A DNA stretch of 64,000 bases from Methylovirgula sp. (GTDB lineage: Bacteria; Pseudomonadota; Alphaproteobacteria; Rhizobiales; Beijerinckiaceae), in NCBI GenBank assembly GCA_049522395.1, contig JBEKNV010000010.1, positions 7,918 to 71,917 of the forward strand, written 5' to 3'. The translations under genes were made by a program, and so were the position numbers. Under the pieces are notes generated by a model, which saw only the letters and a program-made list of their open reading frames with translations, was not told the origin of the DNA and did no database searches. Of the stretch, positions 31,939-41,477 are shown one piece after another (position 1 is the first letter of the stretch; each line of letters opens with the position of its first letter).

Positions 31939-32571
31939 ATGAAGCCCTGGCGTTTGACTGCCCTTTCGGTGGCTTTTTCGAGCGTGGCCCTGACGGCCAG
32001 CTACACTACAGCGTCAGCTCAATTCCCGGAGCCTGACCACGAGTGCGTCGCCGACTGTGATTCAGAGGGCAACATCCCCGCTGGCGCATTGGGCGTAGCT
32101 GCCTGCATGTATACGTCAAATCCAACTGCGGCTTGTCTGAGTCAGGAGGAAAGTAAGCACATCAAAATGCTCGGAGGGGAGCTCGTTAATGGTTTTCTGG
32201 AGCAAGTCGGTTTGTCCATATTTATGCTGTACCTTCCAGAGGTCTACTACCCTGCTCAGACAGCAAAGTTTCTGTATGATGTAGAGAATGGCGCCATAGG
32301 CGTGGTGCAAGCTAAAATTGAATATGACCAGGGAAGAGTGCAGACACTTCAATGGCCAACCGAAGAGGACAAGCGTCGAGCCCTTGTCATCATACAGAAT
32401 GATGAAAAGACCATCGAGAAGTGGAACAGGGAAGCGAGAGAAGAGGCAAGGACCGGTATCAATTGGTCACGTCTTTCACCTTCCAACGGCTCAAGAGGCT
32501 ACCGCTTCAACCCCGGACGATCATACGAACAACTAAGAACTATCCAGAGCTTTGGGTGGCTCAAGAGATAA
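31939..32571 (+). CDS. Hypothetical secreted protein
   Basis: Starts MKPWRLTALSVAFSSVALTASYTTASA (signal peptide). AT-rich ORF with no recognised motif. Confidence 0.5.
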   Translation: MKPWRLTALSVAFSSVALTASYTTASAQFPEPDHECVADCDSEGNIPAGALGVAACMYTSNPTAACLSQEESKHIKMLGGELVNGFLEQVGLSIFMLYLPEVYYPAQTAKFLYDVENGAIGVVQAKIEYDQGRVQTLQWPTEEDKRRALVIIQNDEKTIEKWNREAREEARTGINWSRLSPSNGSRGYRFNPGRSYEQLRTIQSFGWLKR

Positions 32572-32587
32572 TCTCGACGGAAGATTG

Positions 32588-32683
32588 ATAGACAAGGTCG
32601 ACAAAGGCGGCCATTTCGCCGCCTGGGAACAGCCGAAGATTTTTACCGACGAGATTCGCGCGGCGTTCAAATCGCTGCGCTGA
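32588..32683 (+). pseudogene. 3' remnant of an alpha/beta-hydrolase (epoxide-hydrolase-like) gene
   Basis: Frame reads ...DKVDKGGHFAAWEQPKIFTDEIRAAFKSLR*, the characteristic C-terminal GGHF..E.P block carrying the catalytic His. No upstream body is present. Confidence 0.6.
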
Positions 32684-32773
32684 TCGAGGGCGTGCCCGAC
32701 GTTTAGATGCATGGGCCCGAGGCCGGCCATTTCGCGATGGGTGAGGTGGCGGATGCGGAGGCGAGTGCGCCAT

Positions 32774-34270
32774 CTAACTGAGTGATTTAGCCAAATTGCT
32801 CAAATCATTTTTGACCGCGGTGAGTATGTTTATTTGGACAAGACAAAAAGCAGACGGATCAACTGCGTCAGGAGACGGCGAACCCGAGTAGAGTTGGAAT
32901 ACCGCGGCCAAGTCTTTGCGCTTTTTGCTAACCTTGCTTGCTTCGCCATGGTCCACGTCATGCTGGAGCATCGTGCGCAAGGCGTTGATGTGTTCAAATG
33001 AAATAGGCAAACGATCGACCAAACGCTGGCCGACGCTTTCCCTGAATACAAAATAGAGCTCCTCAATAAACTTTTTATAGTCATCTAACGACTGAACAGG
33101 CGCCCCGAGTGCCATTAAGGCACTGGTGGTCTTGTTAGTCGGCTTGAATAGATCGCAACCGTGCTGACCAGCGTATCTGTCGTTTATCGATGTGATGAGC
33201 TGCCTGACTTTCTTCGCTAACGAGTCCCGTTCCAATTCTATGCCCTCAATAATGTTCGCCGAACTACCGACGACCGAAAAAAATGAGGGATGCTTGCGAA
33301 ATAGCTGTCGCAGTATGATTGACTGACGCGTTCGAGCACCACTCTTCACATTTGCATTAATGGTCGATTGAAAAGTCATAAAGTCTTGGTCGGTTGCGTC
33401 TTGGCCTAGCTCCACCTGCTTGCGCAGCTCTGCAAGAAAGGATTCGATGAACTCCCTCACAACCGGCTGCTTATCTAGTTTTACGCCGGCCTGTTGGAGA
33501 TGACAGACGAAGGAAATTACGGATTGAACGACGGTGCGGTTTCTGAATGGTGAGTATTTCTCTGGAAAGACCTCGCTTAGGTATTTGAGCGTGTTGTTGA
33601 TCCTTTTCGCTGCCGCGGACTGCGCTGAGAACGTACCATTTGATTTGAAAACTCGCTTTATGTCCTCAAAACGCAAACTTGCATCTAATCCTTCGATTTC
33701 TATGGTGGCGACTTTCGCCAAAATGTCGAAATGTGCATATCTCTTGTCAGAGATCACGATCGTCTTTGAGAAGAAATCGTTACTCGCAGCCCTAACGCAG
33801 TAATCGCGAAGCTTGCTATGGACCGAATTGAGTTTTTCGCTGCTCGTTAAGGGCAATCCTTCTTGCAGTCGTTGAAAAAACTCCTTTATGTCTTCGTCGG
33901 ACGCATTCGTTATCTCGTCATATTCGATTTCGTAATCGTCAAAGGCGTCCGATAGCTCCTCGGAAAGGGCTTCGTAATCTGCCGCACCAAATTTGGCCGT
34001 TTGTTCTGCATTCAACTTCAATTCTCCGCCCATGAACTCCCAGATGGCGAGAAGTCTTTGCTGTCCGTCCACCACCTCAAATTCATCCGGATTGTCATGC
34101 GTTCTCAAAAAATAGAATTTCGGTAACTTCCATCCGCGAAGAATGGTGTCAATTAAGCGGCGCTTTTTTTCAATGGGCCAAACTTCTTGACGCTACCAAT
34201 CTGGAATTTCGTAGCGATCTCTGCGTTTGTAGATCTTGTCCAGCGCGCGCCGTTCGGATTGCATTTCCAT
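32774..34270 (-). pseudogene. DUF262 (ParB-like nuclease superfamily, GmrSD N-terminal-type) protein with in-frame amber codon
   Basis: ATG at 34270 gives MEMQSERRALDKIYKRRDRYEIPDW, then TAG (34193-34195). The same frame continues RQEVWPIEKKRRLIDTILRGWKLPKFYFLRT...VVDGQQRLLAIWEF. The stop replaces the Q of the DUF262 QR motif, and the DGQQR motif is present. Confidence 0.8.
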
Positions 34271-34425
34271 GATCGCCCTCGACTAAAGGTAGTCGTGTCA
34301 AATTAAATGCCACTACTAAATGCCTGAAATCACTTCTGTGGTTGGTTTACGCGCATGGGTTAAACACCACAATCCCATGCGGGCAGCGGCCTTTTGCACT
34401 CGCGAACGCATCGGACCACCGCCCC

Positions 34426-34797
34426 ATGCAGCGCAAACGCCATCTCGCACTCATCCTCGTTGGCTTCTTTGCCGTCATCGCAGGGCTTGGCGAGATCATT
34501 GTCGGCTTCAGAGGAAACACTCTCGGCATTCTTGCCCATCCCCTCGCGCCGTCGATGGCGACTGCGATCGTCGGCGCGTTTTACAGCCTCGGCGGATTGT
34601 TTATCCTGACATTGCGGAAGTGGGGCGCGGCGATCGGCGTCTTCTTCATCGGCGCCGAAGTGCTCGGCCGCATTTATCTTGTCGCGACAGGCCTTGCGCC
34701 ATCATTGGGTCCCGACGCGGTGAAGATCGCGATCGGCGGGGCCATCGCGCTCGCGCTGATCGCCTATGTTCTCTCGCAGTGGCGCGCTCTGCGCTGA
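34426..34797 (+). CDS. Hypothetical small membrane protein
   Basis: MQRKRHLALILVGFFAVIAGLGEIIVG... with four hydrophobic segments and no recognised family. Confidence 0.5.
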   Translation: MQRKRHLALILVGFFAVIAGLGEIIVGFRGNTLGILAHPLAPSMATAIVGAFYSLGGLFILTLRKWGAAIGVFFIGAEVLGRIYLVATGLAPSLGPDAVKIAIGGAIALALIAYVLSQWRALR

Positions 34798-34809
34798 AAA
34801 AGGGGCCGT

Positions 34810-35604
34810 TCACTCCCCATCGATCTGCTTCCCGATAATCGCAATCGCCTCTTCATAGACGGTCGCCGCATTCCAGGCCTGGATCGCCGCGAAATTGGGT
34901 TCGCCCGGCTGGTAGCCGGCACCCGCCTGCCAGCCATGCGCCTTCAAAAAATTCGCCGTCGAGGCAAGCGCGCCTGACGCGGTCTCGAGATTGCCGACGC
35001 CATAGTCGAGCATCGTCTTCGGCAGGAATTGCGTCTGGCCGATTTCGCCTTGCATGGCGCCGCGCGTCTCGGCCGTGAGGCGCCCTTGATCGACGAGTTT
35101 CAGCGCCGCATAGAGCTGATCGGTGAAGAAGTCCGGGCGGCGGCAATCATAGGCGAGCGTCGCAATTGCCGACAGCGCCTGCTGATTGCCATGCTGGCTG
35201 CCGAAGCCGGTCTCCATGCCCCAGATGGCGATCAGCGGTCCGGGCGGGACGCCATATTGGCTCTCGATCGAGGCAAAGAGGGCGGCATTTGCGAGCTTCA
35301 GCTTGCGGCCGCGCGCGGCAATCGCGGGGCCGCCGCGTTTCGCCATGAAGGCCGACAGCGACAGATGAAAGCTCTTCATGCCGCGGTCGGCCCAGATGGT
35401 CGCCGTGTTGTAATGCGTCGCCTGGAGGGCGGAGACGCCGGCCTCGCCGATGCCTTTCGCGCGGGCTTCATCGGCGAAGGCGCTCTTCCAGGCGTCGAAG
35501 CCGGCCTCCGACGTGCCGCAGGGCGCGGCCTCGGCGGCGCGCGCCAGCAAGACGAGAGCGGCGAGAGCCGTTATTAACGCTGTTATGGGCCTGTTGCGAC
35601 GCAC
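34810..35604 (-). CDS. Lytic murein transglycosylase (MltB/SLT_2-like)
   Basis: GTG 35604 follows GGAGAG. Signal peptide ITALITALAALVLLARAAEA. Motifs IWGMETGFG and GEIGQTQFLP. Confidence 0.85.
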   Translation of the reverse strand: MRRNRPITALITALAALVLLARAAEAAPCGTSEAGFDAWKSAFADEARAKGIGEAGVSALQATHYNTATIWADRGMKSFHLSLSAFMAKRGGPAIAARGRKLKLANAALFASIESQYGVPPGPLIAIWGMETGFGSQHGNQQALSAIATLAYDCRRPDFFTDQLYAALKLVDQGRLTAETRGAMQGEIGQTQFLPKTMLDYGVGNLETASGALASTANFLKAHGWQAGAGYQPGEPNFAAIQAWNAATVYEEAIAIIGKQIDGE

Positions 35605-35746
35605 TGCGAACTCTCCTGGTTTGCCTCCACGCGAGTCTAAGCATGGATTGCGCTGCCGTCGAGAGTGAGCCGCACGCCGGTATGATTTCTTTAAGTTTTT
35701 GGTTTTTGATGCCGCCGGTCTTCGGAAACAAATAGGGGAGGGAGCC

Positions 35747-36484
35747 ATGTGCGATCTTTGCGGCCTCAAGGACACAGCTTTCTCGGGCCTCCATCGCCGT
35801 CATTTTCTCACGGCTGGCGCGGCGAGCCTCGCGGCGCTGGCCCTTGCCAATGTGCCCGCGCCTCTGCGCGCGGCGGAGGGTGCGCCGACCTCGCTCTCGC
35901 CGGATGACGCGCTGACCGCTTTGAAGGCGGGCAATGATCGCTTCGTCAATCAGCCGCAACTTTGCGTCGTCGATCTCGCCGAGCAGCGCAGCGCAGTCAC
36001 CTCGCATCAGGCGCCTTGGGCGACGATCATCAGCTGCGCGGACAGCCGTGTCCCGCCGGAATTGATTTTTGGCGGGCGCGGCGTCGGCGAATTGTTCGTG
36101 GCGCGCAACGCCGGCAATCTTGTCGATACCGCGACGCTCGGCACAGTCGAATATGGCGCGGCCGTGCTCGGCTCGCCGGTCATCATGGTGCTCGCGCACA
36201 CGTCTTGCGGCGCGGTCAAGGCCGCCTGCGATGTCGTCAAGAAAAACGCGACCTATCCCGGCTCGATCGGTCCGATGATCGATCCGATTATTCCCGCGGC
36301 CTTGGCAGTGAAGGATCTTCCCGGCGACTTCGTCAACAATGCCGCCAAGGAAAGCGCGAAGCGCACGGCGGCCAAACTTGCCAAAGCAAGTTCGCTCATT
36401 AGCGGGCTGGTCGATGGCGGCAAACTGAAAATCGTCGCCGCGATTTACGATCTGCAAACGGGCGTGGTCAGCATGATTGCGTGA
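35747..36484 (+). CDS. Beta-class carbonic anhydrase with Tat-type signal
   Basis: GGAGG RBS, then MCDLCG...HRRHFLTAGAASLAALA (twin-arginine-like). Zinc ligand motifs CADSRV and HTSCGAV. Confidence 0.88.
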   Translation: MCDLCGLKDTAFSGLHRRHFLTAGAASLAALALANVPAPLRAAEGAPTSLSPDDALTALKAGNDRFVNQPQLCVVDLAEQRSAVTSHQAPWATIISCADSRVPPELIFGGRGVGELFVARNAGNLVDTATLGTVEYGAAVLGSPVIMVLAHTSCGAVKAACDVVKKNATYPGSIGPMIDPIIPAALAVKDLPGDFVNNAAKESAKRTAAKLAKASSLISGLVDGGKLKIVAAIYDLQTGVVSMIA

Positions 36485-36517
36485 GGCGCGCACGGCCCGC
36501 GCAATCGTGGACTTGGC

Positions 36518-36549
36518 AAAAAGGGCCGCTTTCTGCGGCCCTTTTCTTT
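36518..36549 (+). terminator. Rho-independent terminator downstream of carbonic anhydrase
   Basis: Stem aagggccgc (36521-36529) pairs with gcggccctt (36535-36543). 5-nt loop and T-rich tail ttttcttt, with an A-tract upstream (possibly bidirectional). Confidence 0.75.
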
Positions 36550-36639
36550 GCGCCTCTGCTTGATCTGAATCAGCACGCCACGGCGTGGCTCTGACGAGAT
36601 AGGTCCGGCCAGTCTTCGCTGAGAGGACCATTTTCTTTA

Positions 36640-38145
36640 ATGACTTCGATGAAGCAATTTGTCTTTGCGCTCGTGCTGCCGCTCATTTTTCTCTTCGCCT
36701 GCGGCGCAAGAGCCGAGCCCTTTGTCCAGTGCAAGAGCGGCCTCACTTGCCCGGCTGGGATGGCCTGTCTCGCGAACGGTCTCTGCGCTCGGGTCGAGGC
36801 CGCCGGGTGTTTTCCAGGGGAGCAGCCCTCTTATGCGTCCGGATTGTGCCTGCCCGAGGGCTTCGTGGATTGCGGAGCCAGAGGATGGTGCCGCCCAGGG
36901 CAACGTTGTGGGCGCGGCTACACATGCGTCGACGGGTCGCCGAACAAGGGGCCCTTATGCGGCGGCGAAGGGCGCTGTCCGACGGGCGCGATATGTGATC
37001 CGGATCCCTACAATCCGACCCATTGTCTCGATCCCGAAAGGCAGAAGCACTGTGGCCACAACATTTGCAGCATTCACGCGATCTGCGGCGAATCGGACGA
37101 GTGCTTGCGCATTGTCGGAGACGAGGTTGCGCAGACTAAAGCGCCAGAAGCAAAAGAGGAAGGTCTCGCCGAAAACCCTGAGGAAGCCCTTGCCCGCAAG
37201 ATCTGGTTTTCCCGCCCCGGACAGCCTTCGAAGACGCCGGACGACAAGACCCAAAAATCCTATCCGATCGGCGCCGTCGGTGCCCTGAGCGGCGAGGCCT
37301 ATTGGGTCTGGCCAGATGGCAAGAAAACGCCAGTTCGCGCCGGCGAGCCGGCGATCTTCGGCAACAGAATCGTCACCGGTCCCGACGGGCGCGTGCAGCT
37401 TCTGCTGCTCGACAACACGGTCTTCACCGCCGGACCGAACTCGGACATGAAGATCGATGAGTTTGTGTACGATCCCTCAGGTACGCAGAACACGTTAGTA
37501 GCGCGAATAGAAAAGGGTATCTTCCGGTGGGTTGATGGAGAACTAGACCGCATCGCTCGACGCGAAAGAGACTATGAGATTAAGCACGGGGTCCCAGAAG
37601 ATCTTCTTACTCCTTTGCCAGGTTCGAAAGTCGACTTGCCGGTCGGTACAATAGGATTTCGCGGCACCGAAGTGGAATGCAAAGTCGACCCCGACGGATC
37701 CGGCTATCTGAAAGTTCTCTCGGGCGAAGTGACATTCACGAACACGCGCGGCGAAAAGACCGATTTAAAAGAAGGGCAGACTTTCACCTTCGAACCTTCG
37801 AAGCCGCAGCAGCAAGTCGTCCCCGAAACGACATCGGCTGAGGATGTCGTGAGACAATTCTATGCGGCCTTGCATAACGGGCAAGGCGACGTCGCTTCGC
37901 AATTGGTCGTGCCCGAAAAGCGCGCGACCGGACCGTTTTCCGCCGATCAGCTCAGCCAATTCTACGGCCATCTGAATGAGCCGATCGCTCTAGTCGATCT
38001 CGCAGCGCGTGGTCAGGACGAATTCCTTGTGCGCTATCATTACGCTTCGTCGAAGCTGCAATGCGACGGGCGCGCCATCGTCGACACAATTTCCCGTGAC
38101 GGGCAAAACTATATTCAAAGCATCAAAGCCTTGAACGGATGTTAG
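36640..38145 (+). CDS. Secreted Cys-rich protein with FecR-like central domain
   Basis: Signal peptide, then about 150 aa with many Cys (CKSGLTCPAGMACLANGLC...). FecR-like block follows (GEAYWVWPDGKKTPVRAGEPAIFGNRIVTGPDGRVQLLLLDNTVF). Composition shifts AT-richer after about 37440. Confidence 0.55.
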   Translation: MTSMKQFVFALVLPLIFLFACGARAEPFVQCKSGLTCPAGMACLANGLCARVEAAGCFPGEQPSYASGLCLPEGFVDCGARGWCRPGQRCGRGYTCVDGSPNKGPLCGGEGRCPTGAICDPDPYNPTHCLDPERQKHCGHNICSIHAICGESDECLRIVGDEVAQTKAPEAKEEGLAENPEEALARKIWFSRPGQPSKTPDDKTQKSYPIGAVGALSGEAYWVWPDGKKTPVRAGEPAIFGNRIVTGPDGRVQLLLLDNTVFTAGPNSDMKIDEFVYDPSGTQNTLVARIEKGIFRWVDGELDRIARRERDYEIKHGVPEDLLTPLPGSKVDLPVGTIGFRGTEVECKVDPDGSGYLKVLSGEVTFTNTRGEKTDLKEGQTFTFEPSKPQQQVVPETTSAEDVVRQFYAALHNGQGDVASQLVVPEKRATGPFSADQLSQFYGHLNEPIALVDLAARGQDEFLVRYHYASSKLQCDGRAIVDTISRDGQNYIQSIKALNGC

Positions 38146-38302
38146 AGCCGCAAAGGTGGTACTGACGGAAAAAGTCAAGAGCAGCGATGTGTTTGCCAAG
38201 CCGCCAGAGATCTATAGACTCGAAATCCTTGTCGATAAGCTCCCGCGCTGAGTGCGGGACGCGGGCCACCATCGATCACCGAAAAGAGTCTGTCGCCGCC
38301 GA

Positions 38303-38734
38303 ATGCCGCTTCATCTCATCAAGCTCGCGGTGGGCGTCGAGACCCTGTCCGATCTTGCCGCGCGTCAGCAGCAGCGTCTTGCCGAGAGAGCAAAACGCAA
38401 AGAGACGCCTGAACTTCTCCACATCACGCGGCACAGGCCGAAGCGCAGCGTAGAACTTCTGAACGGCGGCTCGATCTATTGGGTCGTCAAGGGCTTCATC
38501 ACCGCGCGCCAGAGGCTGATCGATTTTCGCGCCGTGACACGCGACGGCGTCCCGCAATGCGCGCTTGTCCTTGACCCTAAACTCGTGCCGGTCGCGCTGC
38601 GCCCGCAACGCGCCTTTCAAGGCTGGCGTTACCTCGAGGCTAAGAGTGCGCCGCAGGATCGCACCAAACGCGGCGCTGGTGCCGAGCTGCCTGAGGAACT
38701 GAAACGCGAGCTCGCCTCGCTTGGTCTGCTGTAG
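38303..38734 (+). CDS. DUF1489-family protein
   Basis: MPLHLIKLAVGVETLSDLAARQ...GGSIYWVVKG matches my recollection of DUF1489. Confidence 0.6.
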   Translation: MPLHLIKLAVGVETLSDLAARQQQRLAERAKRKETPELLHITRHRPKRSVELLNGGSIYWVVKGFITARQRLIDFRAVTRDGVPQCALVLDPKLVPVALRPQRAFQGWRYLEAKSAPQDRTKRGAGAELPEELKRELASLGLL

Positions 38735-38753
38735 GCCTCAGAGCGTCGCGGAT

Positions 38754-39770
38754 CTATTCCGCTGGCGCCTGCTGAACGGGCGGTTTTGGCCGGGCGCTTT
38801 TTGCGAAGTTTTGGACGACGCCGGCCGCTTCCACCACTGGCGTGACAAGCAGCGCACTGACGCGATGTGGGTCCTCGGTCTGTTGCGCGACGCCGAAGGT
38901 GAGGCGCTGCGTCTCTTTCTCTGGAATGGCGAGCGTGCCGAACATCCAGTCGAAGATCGCGAGAAAGCTTCCGAGATTACGGTTGTAATGACGCGGATCG
39001 ATCGAATGATGGATCTGATGATGCGCGGGGCTGAGCAGCAGGCGACCCGGCAGGCCGCGCAGCGGAATCCAGAATTGTGAATGCTGCAATTGCGCAAGCA
39101 GAAAGAGAAAGGCGACGCTGATCACATTGGTGTTGTCAATCAGATAAAGATTGACCGGCTTTCCCGCCCAATAGGTGAAGAGCCCATGCGCGAGGCCGAT
39201 GGTCAGCGCCAGAATATCGACGAAGATCAGCGTATCGACAGGATGAACGCGAAACACGGTGAGCGGCGTCAGCACTTCCGCCGAATGATGCGTCTTATGA
39301 AACGCCCACAAGAACGGAATGCGGTGTTTTAGATAATGATCGACGTAATAGCCGAATTCATAGCCGATGAAGGCGGCAAGCGTCAGACCGCCGCGCAAAA
39401 CCCAGTCCGGCGCATGCGACGGCGGTGGCGCGCCCAGACTGACACGGAGAGCGTGCACGAAAAAATCGGAGACGGTCGAACCCGACCATAAGCCCCAGCC
39501 GATCAGCGTGCCGATCGCGAATGTGTTGACGCCAAAATAGAAGAGATCGGCATAGGTCGAGCGATTGAAGAGAATTTTCCGCGACCACATGGCGCGCAGG
39601 ATCGCGCGTGGGCGAAGCGAACCGCGGCGGCGCATTTGGCGATAGGCAAGGAATGCAAAGCCGATCGCGAGCGCGCAGGCGAGCTGCGGCAGCCCAAAGA
39701 TCGAGCCCGGCGAAACGAGCGAAATGCCAGCCTGTTGCACTTTGCCGATCTGGAAATCGAGGAAGGTCAT
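38754..39770 (-). CDS. Sterol desaturase / fatty-acid hydroxylase-family membrane protein
   Basis: Histidine boxes HYLKH, HKTHHS and HHQIHHS. The ORF extends to 39878, and MTFLDFQ at 39770 is the likely start. Confidence 0.8.
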   Translation of the reverse strand: MTFLDFQIGKVQQAGISLVSPGSIFGLPQLACALAIGFAFLAYRQMRRRGSLRPRAILRAMWSRKILFNRSTYADLFYFGVNTFAIGTLIGWGLWSGSTVSDFFVHALRVSLGAPPPSHAPDWVLRGGLTLAAFIGYEFGYYVDHYLKHRIPFLWAFHKTHHSAEVLTPLTVFRVHPVDTLIFVDILALTIGLAHGLFTYWAGKPVNLYLIDNTNVISVAFLFLLAQLQHSQFWIPLRGLPGRLLLSPAHHQIHHSIDPRHYNRNLGSFLAIFDWMFGTLAIPEKETQRLTFGVAQQTEDPHRVSALLVTPVVEAAGVVQNFAKSARPKPPVQQAPAE

Positions 39771-40013
39771 GGCGGCCCTGGGTTGAAGCCCAAAGACTAT
39801 GTCGCCTGTGGTGAACGGGCCGTTACGCCGATCCACCAATGGGTTGGGCGCGCCGCTTTCACAGGTGGAATCATGCAAGAAGGTAGGCCGGCGTACCGGC
39901 GAGGGCGCGGTTTTGCGGCCTTGGTCGCATTGGCGGGGCGGGAGCGGCTGCTATAATGGCCCCTCGCGCTCGCGCCCAACGTCCATCTTTCCGTAACTTA
40001 CGCGTGGAATTCG

Positions 40014-40361
40014 ATGTTTGCCGTCTACGGAATCAAGAATTGCAACACGGTGAAGAAGGCGCGCGAATGGCTCGACAAGCACCATGTGGCCTATGAATTT
40101 CACGACTATAAGCTCGAAGGCGTCGATCCCAAGCGCTTGCACGTTTGGTGCGACGAGTTTGGCTGGGAGGCGCTGATCAACCGCTCGGGGACTACCTTTC
40201 GTGCGCTGCCGGATGCCGACAAGAACAATCTCGGCGCCGCCAAGGCGATCAAGCTCATGCTGGCGCAGCCCTCGATGATCAAGCGGCCGATCGTCGATCT
40301 AGGACCGCGCCGGCTCATCGGCTTCAAGCCGGAGCTTTATCGCGAGGCTTTTCGGCCATGA
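40014..40361 (+). CDS. ArsC/Spx-family reductase (YffB-like)
   Basis: 115 aa, MFAVYGIKNCNTVKKAREWL... with the conserved N-terminal Cys. Confidence 0.85.
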   Translation: MFAVYGIKNCNTVKKAREWLDKHHVAYEFHDYKLEGVDPKRLHVWCDEFGWEALINRSGTTFRALPDADKNNLGAAKAIKLMLAQPSMIKRPIVDLGPRRLIGFKPELYREAFRP

Positions 40362-40621
40362 ACCGCACTTTGCGCCACGCACGACGTCCCCTGCGACTTT
40401 ACCCCACTGTCACGGGGCCGAGACTCCTTCCTTTCGGCGGAATGCTCGGCCTCGCCGTCGGCGCAGCGAGTCTGGCCGCCGTATCGATTGGCGTCTTGGC
40501 GATCGGCCGGCTCGCGATCGGCCATATGGCGATCGGCCGGCTGCGGATGAAAAGTCTTGAGGTGGGCGAGCTGACGGTGCGCCGGCTGCGCATCCTCGAA
40601 CAGGAGCAGCCGAAAGCCTGA
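40358..40621 (+). CDS. Small hypothetical membrane protein with AIGxL repeats
   Basis: ATG overlaps the arsC-family stop (ATGA). One hydrophobic segment, then AIGRLAIGHMAIGRL encoded by 3 x 15-bp tandem units. Confidence 0.4.
   Translation: MNRTLRHARRPLRLYPTVTGPRLLPFGGMLGLAVGAASLAAVSIGVLAIGRLAIGHMAIGRLRMKSLEVGELTVRRLRILEQEQPKA
40499..40543 (+). repeat. In-frame 15-bp x3 tandem repeat
   Basis: Units are gcgatcggccggctc / gcgatcggccatatg / gcgatcggccggctg. Confidence 0.85.
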
Positions 40622-40637
40622 GATGGCGCGGCCTGGT

Positions 40638-41477
40638 CTAGGGCGCGAGATCTTCCATCACGGACTGCAGCGGCTCGCTGCCGACATAGGATGGGCCGGT
40701 GAAGGGATGATCGATCGAGACGATCACGAAGAGCGCCATGAACACGAGGAACGACAATATGCCGGTCATCATCACTTGAGCCGGCAGGTTTTTCGTACCG
40801 AAAAAGAAGGTGAAGATCACAGTCAGCACGGCGCCGCAGGACAAGACCAGCCATAGGACTCCCGGGACAACGCCGGTTGCCAAATGCAGCCTGATCCGGC
40901 GGGCCTGCGTGAGAGTGTCGAGCTGTTTGAACATCTCGATGAGCACGGCCGGCTGGCTCGATCCTTTCTGGGCAACCCGCAGAGCGGCGGTGTAGAGCGC
41001 GTCGAGCGATTGCGTCGTCTCATCGCTTTCCTTTTCCTTCGCCATTGCCGGCCAGTCGCGTTGGATCGCAAGCTTGAGATAGGTGTTAAGCGCGGCCCGC
41101 GTCGCGACAATGTCGGGGTCGTGGGTTTGCGTCAGGCGATAGAGCGTTGCCGCGGCGCCGGCTTCCTGCACCACGGCGATCTCTGCTTCATTGAACTTTT
41201 CCCAAACCACGATCACGGCGAAGGCGACGAGAACGGAATAGATCACGCCGACCGTCGCGAATTTGAATCCGGCGATTTCATTGTTGCTCGCGAGACTTTC
41301 GAAAGCGACGAAGTGGCGAACCACGATCAGGGCGCCCATCGCGATGATCGCAGGCATAACCACCAGCAAAAGCAGCGCGGCCCAAATCGGAAGTCCAGAG
41401 AGAAAGAGCAACACGCTGAGATCCTTTGCCGCGAGATGAGTTTCACGAGCAATAGGCCGCGGAAATCCAGTGATCAA
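40638..41477 (-). CDS. DUF4239-like (bestrophin-like) membrane protein
   Basis: 279 aa with 2+2 TM segments flanking a soluble core. NNEIAGFKFATVGVIYSVLVAFAVIVVWEKF resembles DUF4239 as I recall it. Confidence 0.5.
   Translation of the reverse strand: MITGFPRPIARETHLAAKDLSVLLFLSGLPIWAALLLLVVMPAIIAMGALIVVRHFVAFESLASNNEIAGFKFATVGVIYSVLVAFAVIVVWEKFNEAEIAVVQEAGAAATLYRLTQTHDPDIVATRAALNTYLKLAIQRDWPAMAKEKESDETTQSLDALYTAALRVAQKGSSQPAVLIEMFKQLDTLTQARRIRLHLATGVVPGVLWLVLSCGAVLTVIFTFFFGTKNLPAQVMMTGILSFLVFMALFVIVSIDHPFTGPSYVGSEPLQSVMEDLAP

Noticed and set aside
34355-34382. Inverted repeat gcatggg-N14-cccatgc near the right edge of the AT-rich islet, considered as an att site or transposon end
   Set aside because: The arms are only 7 bp with no matching copy at the left boundary (31.7 kb). 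It lies within the leader or N-terminal extension of the 34426 membrane-protein gene.
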